Positions 19,152 through 28,872 of a DNA stretch of 64,000 nucleotides are shown piece after piece. Each line of letters starts with the position of its first letter. Within the stretch, counting starts at the first letter, position 1. A model generated the notes under the pieces. That model was given only the letters and a program-made list of their open reading frames with translations, searched no databases and was not told where the DNA came from. Source of the stretch: an uncultured Spirochaetaceae bacterium (GTDB taxonomy: Bacteria > Spirochaetota > Spirochaetia > Treponematales > Treponemataceae); contig CADBRT010000117.1 in assembly GCA_902797055.1 (NCBI GenBank), forward strand, positions 4,249-68,248, in the 5' to 3' direction. A program made the position numbers and the translations under genes.

Positions 19152-21242
19152 ATGAAAACGAAAAGAAAAAGCTTGATCTTTGTCTTGATTTCGACAATTG
19201 CGTTGATTTTTATAGTTCTTTCGGGTTTACAGATTGCATTGATCAGTACGGTTTCAAAAAAATCCACGTCTGAAAGTTATGGCGATAACTGCGAACAGCT
19301 CGTCCAGGCGTATTCGCTTATGCTCACAAACAGAATAAGCATGTACCTTCGGGAAATCCGCGTCTATGTTGATTCTGATGTTGTGCAGCGGCAGAATGAA
19401 CAGGAGATAATTGCATGGATGTGCAACCGGGCAGGAAAGAAGAGTGCAAATATCGATGCCATGTACTTCTGCACCCCAGACGGCACCGGTTACCGCGACG
19501 ACGGTGAAGTTATCAATGTCCGGAACGAGCCGTTCTTTAAGGAAATCATGGATACAGGAAACTACGAGTATGTCAGTGACCCTGTGATGGACGCTGTAAT
19601 CAAAAAGCCTGTCATTTACGTTGCACAAGTTGTTATTGTAAACGGTAAAAAACTGGGAATGTTTGCAGGCGTGTATCCGCTCAGTTCCATCCAGAAAATT
19701 GTCAGTGATATTCAGCTCGGAAGGACGGGAAATGCATGGCTTCTTGCAGGAAACGGAACGGTCATTTCATACCCGATCAACGGGTATTCTATGAAGAAGA
19801 ACTTTTTGACAGGTCTCGATGCTTCGCATTCTGCTTTACGGGATATAGCCAGAAATATGACGGAAGGACATACCGGTTCCGGATGGATAAAGAGCCTTGC
19901 CAATGCTTCGCGGGAATATGTAACGTATACCCCTGTCCACAACACACCATGGAGTCTTGGATTCAATATCAGTGCAACCCAGATGTATGAAACAGGAAAC
20001 TCTATTGTGCAAATCCTGATTATTGCATCAATTGTTATGGTTGCTGCATTGGTTATTGCATCTGCATGGCTGCTGTTTGTACTTTTACATCCGCTTCAGA
20101 CAGTGGAAACTGCAATTGCAGAGATTTCATCTGGAAATGCCGATTTGACAAAGCGCATTTCTGTTTCTGCAAATAATGAAATCGGCTCCATTGTAGAAGG
20201 ATTCAACAATTTTTCAGAGAAACTCCAGTCTATCATTTCCGAATTGAAGAAATCAGAACAGATTTTATCAGATGCAGGTTCAGACCTTTCTGATACAACC
20301 GTCCATTCATCTGTAGCAATTGATGAAATTAAGAATTCTATAAGAACGACCAATGAAAAAATCCAAACCCAGTCGTCCAGTGTCGACGAGACCTCAAGCG
20401 CGGTGAATGAAATTTCTTCCAACATATCCTCTCTGGAACGAATGATTCAGAATCAGGCTGACGGTGTAACACAAGCTTCCAGTGCAGTAGAACAAATGAT
20501 CGGCAATATTGATTCTGTAAACAATTCTGTAGAAAAAATGGCCATTTCGTTCGTTACGCTTTCACAGGATGCAAAAGACGGCTGTGAAAAGCAGTTGAAA
20601 GTAAATGAAAAAATTGTCGCTATTGAAAAAGAATCCGAAATGCTCAGCGAGGCCAACAAGACCATTTCAAACATTGCTGGACAGACAAACCTCCTTGCCA
20701 TGAACGCTGCAATTGAAGCGGCCCATGCAGGAGACGCAGGAAGGGGATTCAGTGTCGTCGCAGATGAAATCCGCAAACTGTCAGAAACTTCCAGCCAGCA
20801 GTCAAGAGTTATCGGAGAAAGTCTGAAGACAATTAAGAAATCCATTGAAAACGTGGTCATTGCTTCCCAAGACTCCAGCAATGCATTCACTTCTGTTAAT
20901 CAGGGAATCAATTCAACAGACGGTTTGGTTCAGCGGATTAAACAGGCTATGAATGAACAGAAGACTGGTTCCAAACAGATTATAGAAGCCCTAAAAGCGC
21001 TTAATGACAGTACTACCGAAGTTCATTCCGCTTCCCACGAAATGTCGGAAGGAAACAGCCTGATTCTTGAGCAGGTTCAAAAATTGAAATCATGCACAAC
21101 AGAAATTGAAAACTGCATGAACGAAATGTTTGAAAGTGCAAGAAAAATTGATACATCAGGGGCTCAGCTGGTAAATGTTTCGGGAAAGGTTGGCAAAACT
21201 ATCGAAGCAATGTCTAATCAGATTGACCAGTTCGAAGTGTAA
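19152..21242 (+). CDS. Methyl-accepting chemotaxis protein with a periplasmic dCache-like sensor
   Basis: TM helix, Cache-like region, second TM helix, HAMP ([11 protein letters not shown]), and the signalling hairpin [37 protein letters not shown]. The start is placed at ATG 19152, behind an AGAGGAG SD. Confidence 0.9.
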   Translation: MKTKRKSLIFVLISTIALIFIVLSGLQIALISTVSKKSTSESYGDNCEQLVQAYSLMLTNRISMYLREIRVYVDSDVVQRQNEQEIIAWMCNRAGKKSANIDAMYFCTPDGTGYRDDGEVINVRNEPFFKEIMDTGNYEYVSDPVMDAVIKKPVIYVAQVVIVNGKKLGMFAGVYPLSSIQKIVSDIQLGRTGNAWLLAGNGTVISYPINGYSMKKNFLTGLDASHSALRDIARNMTEGHTGSGWIKSLANASREYVTYTPVHNTPWSLGFNISATQMYETGNSIVQILIIASIVMVAALVIASAWLLFVLLHPLQTVETAIAEISSGNADLTKRISVSANNEIGSIVEGFNNFSEKLQSIISELKKSEQILSDAGSDLSDTTVHSSVAIDEIKNSIRTTNEKIQTQSSSVDETSSAVNEISSNISSLERMIQNQADGVTQASSAVEQMIGNIDSVNNSVEKMAISFVTLSQDAKDGCEKQLKVNEKIVAIEKESEMLSEANKTISNIAGQTNLLAMNAAIEAAHAGDAGRGFSVVADEIRKLSETSSQQSRVIGESLKTIKKSIENVVIASQDSSNAFTSVNQGINSTDGLVQRIKQAMNEQKTGSKQIIEALKALNDSTTEVHSASHEMSEGNSLILEQVQKLKSCTTEIENCMNEMFESARKIDTSGAQLVNVSGKVGKTIEAMSNQIDQFEV

Positions 21243-21256
21243 CCGCTTTGAAAAAA

Positions 21257-21394
21257 GGGCTGTCTATGAAGTAATGGTGACATTTCATGTCATGCTGAAT
21301 TTATTTCAGCATCTACGCTACAACCGCAGCAGGTGCGTTCGGTTGTGGCGTAGCGTTCGGAATGACGCTAGAGTGCAAACTTCTTAGACAGCCC
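21257..21394 (+). other. 138-nt multi-hairpin element closed by a 15-bp outer stem (structured RNA or palindromic element, class unknown)
   Basis: The outer stem pairs GGGCTGTCTATGAAG (21257-21271) with CTTCTTAGACAGCCC (21380-21394), with 1 mismatch. Four internal hairpins: TGACAT/ATGTCA (21278-21292), TGCTGAA/TTCAGCA (21293-21311), TACGCTACAACCG/CGGTTGTGGCGTA (21314-21352) and GCGT/ACGC (21353-21368). Confidence 0.3.
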
Positions 21395-21472
21395 TCCGCA
21401 CTGAAAATCCACCGAAAAGGGAGAAACATTCATTTACAAACAGGAAACATATGATATTATAGGAAAAAGGAA

Positions 21473-21970
21473 ATGAACAAGATACTCTGTGCATTATCAT
21501 TAGTTTTCGTTTTCTCTCTCTCCGCCGCGATGATGTCCTGCGAATCAACAAAAGTTGATTCCTACGAGATTCCAGAAGAAGAAGTCATTCTGGACGAAGG
21601 CATCGAGCCGGATACCGTTGTCTACAATTTCAATCTGTACGACAACTGCCCCGACGACCCGGTAGCAAGGCTGGCGCGGAACTCAATTAAATCATCCGAC
21701 AAAAACTACAAAGGCGTCGTCATGTATACCCTTGAAGGCACACCGACAGCGGAGGGCATGGAAGTCCCGCTCAAATACTACAGCTACTGCAACACCATAC
21801 GCAAAACGATTGAAGAGGGCAAACACCGGCTCTGCCAGCTTTCCTTCAATACAAGCCCCGTCGGCAACGGCATAGTGCTGGACTTTTCAACAGAGCGGGC
21901 GGCAGCTAATTCCATTCAGAAAATGCTGGACCACAACAAATCCTCCGTCTTTGCCATTTACAACTATTAG
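21473..21970 (+). CDS. Hypothetical lipoprotein
   Basis: Signal plus lipobox MNKILCALSLVFVFSLSAAMMSC. 165 aa. No motif recognised. Confidence 0.55.
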   Translation: MNKILCALSLVFVFSLSAAMMSCESTKVDSYEIPEEEVILDEGIEPDTVVYNFNLYDNCPDDPVARLARNSIKSSDKNYKGVVMYTLEGTPTAEGMEVPLKYYSYCNTIRKTIEEGKHRLCQLSFNTSPVGNGIVLDFSTERAAANSIQKMLDHNKSSVFAIYNY

Positions 21971-22950
21971 AACAACACACTCACCCCTATGGGCAGATGG
22001 TCGCTGTAGCCAGCGCCGGTCCATAGTTTGTAGCCTTTCGGTTTTCCGCTGTCCTCATAACACCATTCGCCATCAGTCTCAGGTCGAAAGTCCACAGCTT
22101 CAGCAGCACCGGCGGTAAAAAAATTGTCTATGCGGGACCAGCACCCCTGATACATATAACTGCCGTCCCCGACCATTTCACCGTCTTCTGCAAACCACGG
22201 AGAACGCACTTCCGTACAGGAACCGTCCCCCTGCAGGACAACTGCGCCTTCAGCATCGTGCTGGAAGTCTTCGACATCCATGTTGAAATCCCCGCAGCAC
22301 AACACAGGCTGTTTGGCTTCACCGAGTGTCCCGGAAACCAGGCGTTCAAGCAGAGCCTGCTGTCGCTCCCGCCACACTGCGGTCTCAGCCTCCCCTCCTT
22401 TCATGCTTTTCCAATGGTTGACGAACAGCGTCAGACGGCGGTCATTCTTAACAACTTCAAGCTGCAGCACCGGACGCAGCGACGGCTGTTCACCCTCTGC
22501 CGACCTACAGTCCAGCGAGTGGACAGACAGATTTTCAAGCGGCAAGCGGGAAATAACCGCGCACCCTATGGCGCTTCCCGGCTCTTTTGCAAAACACCCC
22601 CACCGGTACCAGCGGCGTGAGTTCCACTCCCCCGCAAGGAAATTCGCCACATCCTGCACCACAGCTTCGTTTTCAATCTCTTCCATCACAACGACATCCG
22701 CGTTGAGCTTTTTGATCGAAGACGCAAGTCTCGTAAGACGAGCCGTATACGCCGCCTCATTCCAGTTCTTGCTTTTTGCAAACTCGCCGTACTCATCCCC
22801 GTCAACAACAGCGTCGAAGAACGTCTCAACATTCCAGTTCACAACGCGCAACTTCACCCTGCCGTCATGCGTCGCCCCCGAACACCCCGTACATAGGCAG
22901 AGTATACAAACAAACAAAACCGCCGCACACACCCGATTACGCAAAACCAT
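21967..22950 (-). CDS. Endonuclease/exonuclease/phosphatase (EEP) family lipoprotein
   Basis: Start placed at MVLRNRVCAAVLFVCILCLCTGCSG (lipobox). EEP-like segments VVNWNVETFFD, VVVMEEIEN, LFVNHWKS, CCGDFN and SDHLP. Confidence 0.75.
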   Translation of the reverse strand: MVLRNRVCAAVLFVCILCLCTGCSGATHDGRVKLRVVNWNVETFFDAVVDGDEYGEFAKSKNWNEAAYTARLTRLASSIKKLNADVVVMEEIENEAVVQDVANFLAGEWNSRRWYRWGCFAKEPGSAIGCAVISRLPLENLSVHSLDCRSAEGEQPSLRPVLQLEVVKNDRRLTLFVNHWKSMKGGEAETAVWRERQQALLERLVSGTLGEAKQPVLCCGDFNMDVEDFQHDAEGAVVLQGDGSCTEVRSPWFAEDGEMVGDGSYMYQGCWSRIDNFFTAGAAEAVDFRPETDGEWCYEDSGKPKGYKLWTGAGYSDHLPIGVSVLF

Positions 22951-23154
22951 ACAGCACCCCCTGTATCTAATACATACGCACTGGAAACATAATTTTGTCA
23001 AAGTATCTGCACGGCAAAAAGAAAAGTCGTCAAGAAAAATGTATCCTGTCACTATGGAGCGATTTGCCTACAGACAGTAAATCGTACGGATAGTATTTCA
23101 CCTGCTTCAAAATTGAGTCTGGAAGTTTTGAAACTTTGATTATAGCACCAACTT

Positions 23155-23403
23155 CTAAACACCAAAATCGATTGAATCCTTGAAAATGCAAATTCCCCAA
23201 TAGTGTTTTCCGATGTTGCCAGCGAAGGTATCCTTTTCTTTTTTCACTTGCCTTATTGTGCCGTCTGATTGACGCTCCAAATAGATGATGTAGGCTACCC
23301 TGCCGCGCAGCTCCAGACAATCACGCCGGAAAACTACCACGAGTTCCTGAGCCAATAAAAAAGGCAGGAACCAGATTGACAACCCGATTCCTGCCAAAAT
23401 CAT
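23155..23403 (-). CDS. Possible small membrane-anchored hypothetical protein
   Basis: 82 aa from ATG 23403 (the ORF track uses a TTG at 23424). It has one N-terminal hydrophobic helix and lies just downstream of the sugar permease gene. No motif recognised; weak call. Confidence 0.25.
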   Translation of the reverse strand: MILAGIGLSIWFLPFLLAQELVVVFRRDCLELRGRVAYIIYLERQSDGTIRQVKKEKDTFAGNIGKHYWGICIFKDSIDFGV

Positions 23404-23453
23404 GCCAGTTACTGTGACCAACAATAGGAGGCATTATACCCGTATGAAAAAAA

Positions 23454-24371
23454 TCAGCCCTTTACCGCACCTACCGTCATGCCGCCGATAAAGTACCGCT
23501 GGAATGCGAAGAACACAACCAGAATCGGCAGGACTGAAAAACAAGAACCTGCAATAAGCAAGTCATAGTTGTTGCCGTACGGTGTCAGCAGCGTGTTCAA
23601 ACCGATTGGCAGCGTGAACTTGCTGGCATCGCGGTACACGAGCATCGGCCAGAGCATGTCGTTCCACACACCCATGGCGGAAAGAATAGCCATTGCTCCG
23701 AACGCCGGCTTGGTGAGCGGCATCATAATTGTAAAGCAGATGCGATACTCGTTGGCTCCGTCAATGCGTCCGGCATCGAGAAGCTCTTTCGGCAATCCAA
23801 TCATAAATTGCCGGAAGAAGAAGATAGTCGACGCACCGCATATACCTGGTAGAATAACACCAGCTGTCGTGTTTATCAAGTGCAGATTTATCATTTCCTG
23901 ATACAACGGCAGCATCAGAATAACACCAGGAACCATCATTGTAGCGATGATTATGAAGAAAAGCACATTGCGCAGCTTGAAGTCGTACATGGAAAGTCCA
24001 TAGGCAACAACATAGCAGAAGAACAACTGGAGACAGACGCTCACAGCAGTCAGGAAAAGACTGTTCTTGTACCACATGAAGTACCGGTGGGGAACCTTGA
24101 CCCACTCCCCCTTCTGAAACGCTTTCTGAGTGAACAGGTAGATGTAGTTGTTGAGTGTCAGCCCGCGCGGATCAGGGTTGAAGTTCAAACCGTAGCGAAT
24201 AAGTTCCTGTCCCGGACGGAATGAAGCGAGCAGCGCCGCAACAAGCGGATACAGAATCAACACACTCAAAACCGTGAACAGCAGAATTGAAAACGTTGTG
24301 AACAGGGTGTTCTGAGTCTTTATACTGTGAAATTTTTCTTCCCTAGTTACAACAGCAGTTTTAGTTGCCAT
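23454..24371 (-). CDS. Carbohydrate ABC transporter permease (MalG/BPD type)
   Basis: Six hydrophobic segments and the EAA loop DAGRIDGANEYRICFTIMMPLTKP. Confidence 0.9.
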   Translation of the reverse strand: MATKTAVVTREEKFHSIKTQNTLFTTFSILLFTVLSVLILYPLVAALLASFRPGQELIRYGLNFNPDPRGLTLNNYIYLFTQKAFQKGEWVKVPHRYFMWYKNSLFLTAVSVCLQLFFCYVVAYGLSMYDFKLRNVLFFIIIATMMVPGVILMLPLYQEMINLHLINTTAGVILPGICGASTIFFFRQFMIGLPKELLDAGRIDGANEYRICFTIMMPLTKPAFGAMAILSAMGVWNDMLWPMLVYRDASKFTLPIGLNTLLTPYGNNYDLLIAGSCFSVLPILVVFFAFQRYFIGGMTVGAVKG

Positions 24372-24372
24372 A

Positions 24373-25278
24373 TTACTTTCCCTCCTTCTTGAATGTACCG
24401 CTCAAGGTGAGCTGGACAACATTGATAATAAGGGCGATAACCAGAAGCACGATACCGACGGCACTTGCATACCCCATCTGGTTTTTCTCAATACCGCGGC
24501 GGTACAAGTAACCGACAATCGTCAGACCGATATTCTTCGGTGAACCGTTGCCGCCCCACATCATGTAGCTTTCAAGGAACATGGCGAGACCAGCGTAAAT
24601 GCTTATGGTCAGAACATAAATGGAAGTCGGCTTCAAAAGCGGGAATGTAATCATCGTGAATTTCTGCCACTTGGAAGCGCCGTCAATGTCGGCAGCCTCA
24701 TACAGGGAATTGTCAATGCCCTGCAGTCCGGAGAGGAAGTACAGCATGTTGACTCCCGTCCATCTCCAGCAACACAGCGTTACCATGGCGAACCAGCCAG
24801 TCCCCCAGTTCTTGAGCCACTTGATTGAAGGAAGGCCTAGGGAATGGAGCAGCTGGTTCATTGCAGAGCCGTCAAGCTCGCTGAACATAAGGCTGAAAAT
24901 AGTACCTGCAACGACGACAGATGTCAGCGCAGGAATATAGAGAACAGCTTTGAACACCGTCTTAGCCCTCATGAATGCGCTGTTCATGATTGTTGCGTAC
25001 AGCATAGGGAACGGAATCAGAAGCGCACAGGTGAGAACCATGTACAAGAAGCTGTTTTTGATTGCAATGTGGAATGTTTTATCTTTCAGGAGTTTTGTAT
25101 AATTGCCCAATCCAACCCACTCAATCTGACCGGGCAGGATATTCTCAAAACTCATCAATATTGCGTTGAAAAAAGGATATACCCAGAAAATCAAAAAGCT
25201 CAGGATGAATGGAAGTACAAACACATACGGGGCAACCCTCCATGAATACAAGAAGCTTTTTATCCTGTTTCGTTTCAT
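24373..25278 (-). CDS. Carbohydrate ABC transporter permease (MalF/BPD type)
   Basis: EAA loop EAADIDGASKWQKFTMITFPLLKP. There is a 1-nt gap to the next permease gene. Confidence 0.9.
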   Translation of the reverse strand: MKRNRIKSFLYSWRVAPYVFVLPFILSFLIFWVYPFFNAILMSFENILPGQIEWVGLGNYTKLLKDKTFHIAIKNSFLYMVLTCALLIPFPMLYATIMNSAFMRAKTVFKAVLYIPALTSVVVAGTIFSLMFSELDGSAMNQLLHSLGLPSIKWLKNWGTGWFAMVTLCCWRWTGVNMLYFLSGLQGIDNSLYEAADIDGASKWQKFTMITFPLLKPTSIYVLTISIYAGLAMFLESYMMWGGNGSPKNIGLTIVGYLYRRGIEKNQMGYASAVGIVLLVIALIINVVQLTLSGTFKKEGK

Positions 25279-25402
25279 TTTATAAACCTCACTTGCGTCC
25301 CCGCAGGGGTGTTATGAAAAAAAAGATTGTAAAAAAGGCCTGGTCAAGACAAGCTTTTCCAGGCCATCCTGCAGCACCGCTCAGGCAAGCGGCACACTCT
25401 GT

Positions 25403-26806
25403 TTACTGCTCGATGTCAATCTCATCCTGTGCAGTCTGCAACTCTGAATCAACATCTGCACCCTGCTCAAGACAATTGTTAAGAACGTTAAGGTTGATCT
25501 GCTCATTGATTGTAGAGCTGATAGATACAGCCTTGATACCACCGATTTCATTCTTGATTTCGTTAAGAACGTCGAACGGATTGGTGCGGAAGTATGCGAC
25601 ATACTTGTTGTTCTTGTCGTGTGTTATGCTTTTGTCCTGCCACATATCTGTGTTGACAGGGTCAAATCCAAGGACTTCCCAAATGCGCTTTTCACCGTCG
25701 AGAGAAAGTTTTGCATACACGATGAAACGTGCTGCAAGGTCCTGATGCTTAGACTGAAGTGAAACGATAGTTCCTGTTCCACCGATACCGACAGAGCGTG
25801 GCTGACCCGCTTTGTACACAGGGCACGGAGCGATTGCCCACCTTTCTTTCTGATCCGGGATGTAGTTGAGGAAGCGGCTCATGTACCACAAAGCCTTCGG
25901 GAAAGCAGCAACCTTTTCGTCTCCGACTGTTGCGTAACCAGCTTCTGTATCGATCTGTCCGCCCGGAGTCGGGTATGCAATGCCCATGTCTATCCACTTC
26001 TTCTGCATCTTGATCATGTCAGAAACACCGTTGATGCGGATATCTGCATGGCCGTTTGCATCTGTCCAATCCTGCTTGTTCTCTGCCATAGAGAGCCAGA
26101 GCCAGTCTGTTCCACCGGTATCAACACCAGTCATGTGGACTTCGCCGTTTGTCGCTTCCTTGAGCTTCAGACCTGCTTTTTCGAAATCATCCCACGTCTT
26201 GATTGTCTTGTAGTCGATTCCATACTTTGAAAGGAGTGCATCGTCATAGTACATGACAGTTGCACCGACATGGAACGGAATACCGTAGTGCTTGCCCTTT
26301 GTTCCGTAGATGTCAAGGCGGGACTGAACGACATTGTTCTTATATGGCTCAATATACTTGTCCATCTCGACAAACTGTACGTTTCCGAGCATGAAGTTCG
26401 GGAACTGTCCGATTTCAACATCACAGATATCAGGAGCACCGGTTCCCGTCTGGTTTGCCATGATGAGCTTGTTGTGCATGTCGCCATACGGATATGTTGT
26501 GAAGGTTATCTGGATCTGCTCATCAGGGTGCTCCTTGTTCCACTGTTCAAGCATTGCAGCATAGTGCTGGCTATGCAATTCAACAAATGTCCACAAATCG
26601 AGGTGGGTTCCAGAAGCCGGTCCCACTGTAGAAATTGCATCGGGCTTTATCTCTGCTTCTGCCGGTTCTTTCTGTGATTGTGTGTCAGCAGACGGAGCTG
26701 CAGCAGACGCATTGCTTCCTTTCTTTCCGCCACATCCTGTGAGTGTCGCGAGCAACATTGCGCTCATTCCGAGAGCCGCAGCTGCACCCTTGAACAATCT
26801 TTTCAT
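25403..26806 (-). CDS. Carbohydrate ABC transporter substrate-binding lipoprotein
   Basis: Lipoprotein signal MKRLFKGAAAALGMSAMLLATLTGC. Family-1 SBP size (467 aa). It is the first gene of the SBP-permease-permease unit, and no ATPase gene is present in the unit. Confidence 0.85.
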   Translation of the reverse strand: MKRLFKGAAAALGMSAMLLATLTGCGGKKGSNASAAAPSADTQSQKEPAEAEIKPDAISTVGPASGTHLDLWTFVELHSQHYAAMLEQWNKEHPDEQIQITFTTYPYGDMHNKLIMANQTGTGAPDICDVEIGQFPNFMLGNVQFVEMDKYIEPYKNNVVQSRLDIYGTKGKHYGIPFHVGATVMYYDDALLSKYGIDYKTIKTWDDFEKAGLKLKEATNGEVHMTGVDTGGTDWLWLSMAENKQDWTDANGHADIRINGVSDMIKMQKKWIDMGIAYPTPGGQIDTEAGYATVGDEKVAAFPKALWYMSRFLNYIPDQKERWAIAPCPVYKAGQPRSVGIGGTGTIVSLQSKHQDLAARFIVYAKLSLDGEKRIWEVLGFDPVNTDMWQDKSITHDKNNKYVAYFRTNPFDVLNEIKNEIGGIKAVSISSTINEQINLNVLNNCLEQGADVDSELQTAQDEIDIEQ

Positions 26807-26964
26807 ACATATCCTCCATACAAAAGAATGTCTTAGTTTTTAACCTGTTGTCGAATAAGGGTTCGTTATTCGTATATTTTTATCATAAAGCCATATTGCT
26901 GACTTGTCAAATGCTTTTTTTGATATAAAACAAAAAAAATTGATAAATAAGCACTTTTTGGCAC

Positions 26965-26993
26965 AAAAAAAGGGCAAAGCCTTCGCTTTGCCC
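26965..26993 (-). terminator. Rho-independent terminator of the 27012-28748 gene
   Basis: GGGCAAAGC-GAAG-GCTTTGCCC followed by T7 when read on the minus strand. Confidence 0.8.
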
Positions 26994-27011
26994 CTAGTTT
27001 ATCAATAAAAA

Positions 27012-28748
27012 TCAATAACCATCGCTCATACTTCGATTTACATCGCGCTGGTACAGCTCCTGATAGGTCAAACTCATCATCTTGAGTTTTTCCTTCATCT
27101 CCTGAGGGAACGGCATGAAGCGCCAGAAGATAGCGCGGACCTCCTTAGGAAGTTTCTGAGCCCCAGTCGATTCTTTTGTAATCCACAGGATATAATCTTC
27201 TATAAAGAACTGCTTCAAATCGCCCTTGAGCTTCTGGGCATCAATCCACTGGTAGTACTGGCCGGTAAGACCTTCCGACATCCAGTCGAAGGAAGCTTTT
27301 TCCTTTGCAACTTGCCAGCGCAAATCAGCGACAGCGGTAATGCATGCAATCTTAAGGTCGCGCGCATACATCGGAACAGCAATGCGCCCGCGGCTGGTAA
27401 TGCGGTTGTAGCGGTCAAACGGCTCCCAGCAGAAGCCTCTGTCGCCGTAGGACGGCACCAGCAGAGTATACGGAACAATGCGGTTCGGCATGTTCTTGTG
27501 AATGCGGACAAAGCAGTTCGGGTCGATTGACTCTATCCAAGCAAGTTCACGGATGACGTTTTCACGGAAACCGGTGCTGTTCTGTGTGCTGTGGCAGAAT
27601 TCCCTGGTCAAAACGGGGAACTGGTTTCCCTGTCGTCCGCAGGTCATCTTTGCCATTTGCCGTAAGGTTCCCATCTCACCCACAATTTCTTCTTTGCTGA
27701 CGGACTGAGTGTCTTCACCAGATTGTGCAGCAAGCATCGCCTGCTCATCCCGTATCTTATCTACCTCCCCCTTTGCCTCCAGCAGTTCAGCAATGTTGCG
27801 TTCAAGCTCCTTGTCGAGCCGCTGCAAATCGCGGAATATAACGGTCATCTCGCCAATAAGCCGTTTCTGGGCTTCGTTATAGGTGTGGAAGTGATTTTCC
27901 AAATTGTATATCGGCTCATGGACACACAAGTCCTTCACCTTGCTCTTGAGTGATTCCTCAAGGTTTGCACGCTGGCTCTCCTTCATGGAGACGATGCTTT
28001 CCGTGCTCTGAATCTTTCCATTCTGTTTGCCGATCTTCTCGTTGAGCTTAGACTGCTGGGCGGCAGGTCCCTGTCCTTTTGTAGCAACCTCGTCGGTTGT
28101 ACTCGGTTTCATCTTGCCGACGGCAATCTCACGGATCCACTCATCCATGTAGAGGATTGGCTCTCCCGTATAGTTGTCAAGGATCGCCTTTGAAAAGAAG
28201 TCCTTCTGCTCAGGGCTGAACAGGGACGGCAGTACGACACCGTACCTCATGGCAAGGCGCTTGCACAGCGGAAGCCGTGTATTCGCCATCTTCGGAGCAA
28301 GCGTATTGAGGAAATTCCAATACGCGGACACCATCTGCTGTCTGTAGACAGTCTTGTCCTTTTTATCAGCACAGTTGAGATACTTCAAAAGAAGCTGGTG
28401 CAGACGCTGGGCTGTCTGACCCTCATTGCCGAGGCAAGTTTTGTAGTATGCAGGGTCGTCGAAAACAGGATTCGCTTTGTCTTCAAAATACTTTGTAATC
28501 GGAGCAAATGAACGGACAGTCAGATCGACTTCAGCAACATTGCCATCACCGACGGAAGCTTTCTTTACTCCGGAAGGACCAGCCTTTGCAACAGTCGTAT
28601 CCTGCTGTCCCTGATCTTCTTCCTCTTCCCCCATCTTGAGAAGAGCGTCCATATCCAATTCGTTTTCAGTATCTTCGGGCGTATCATCGTCAACACTTGA
28701 CAGCAAGGATTCAACAGTAATTTCGTCACTGCCGTATTCATCACTCAT
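27012..28748 (-). CDS. Large hypothetical protein with an acidic N-terminus and a central coiled-coil-like region
   Basis: Uninterrupted 578-aa ORF with its own terminator. The N-terminal ~60 aa are rich in D/E, and the central region is K/E/Q-rich. No catalytic motif recognised. Confidence 0.7.
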   Translation of the reverse strand: MSDEYGSDEITVESLLSSVDDDTPEDTENELDMDALLKMGEEEEDQGQQDTTVAKAGPSGVKKASVGDGNVAEVDLTVRSFAPITKYFEDKANPVFDDPAYYKTCLGNEGQTAQRLHQLLLKYLNCADKKDKTVYRQQMVSAYWNFLNTLAPKMANTRLPLCKRLAMRYGVVLPSLFSPEQKDFFSKAILDNYTGEPILYMDEWIREIAVGKMKPSTTDEVATKGQGPAAQQSKLNEKIGKQNGKIQSTESIVSMKESQRANLEESLKSKVKDLCVHEPIYNLENHFHTYNEAQKRLIGEMTVIFRDLQRLDKELERNIAELLEAKGEVDKIRDEQAMLAAQSGEDTQSVSKEEIVGEMGTLRQMAKMTCGRQGNQFPVLTREFCHSTQNSTGFRENVIRELAWIESIDPNCFVRIHKNMPNRIVPYTLLVPSYGDRGFCWEPFDRYNRITSRGRIAVPMYARDLKIACITAVADLRWQVAKEKASFDWMSEGLTGQYYQWIDAQKLKGDLKQFFIEDYILWITKESTGAQKLPKEVRAIFWRFMPFPQEMKEKLKMMSLTYQELYQRDVNRSMSDGY

Positions 28749-28872
28749 AATAGACTACTCCTGAATAGCATTTTTTCTATTATAACATGCTAACAGGTAA
28801 GTATCAAGATTAAATTTTCTTGCCATTTTCCGCCGCAGCCAAGAGATAAGCTATGCAAGAGCGTTTCAACCG

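Noticed and set aside
21257-21394. Possibility that the structured element is a tRNA, a known riboswitch or a simple terminator
   Set aside because: It has no T-loop (GTTCGAAT-like) or anticodon-arm geometry. I could recall no match to the c-di-GMP, SRP or 6S consensus. It has no T-run. It is reported as an element of unknown class instead.
22280-23080. 266-aa plus-strand ORF opposite the EEP lipoprotein gene
   Set aside because: It is antisense to a gene with a lipobox and EEP motifs. Its composition is low-complexity (Ser/Thr/Arg).
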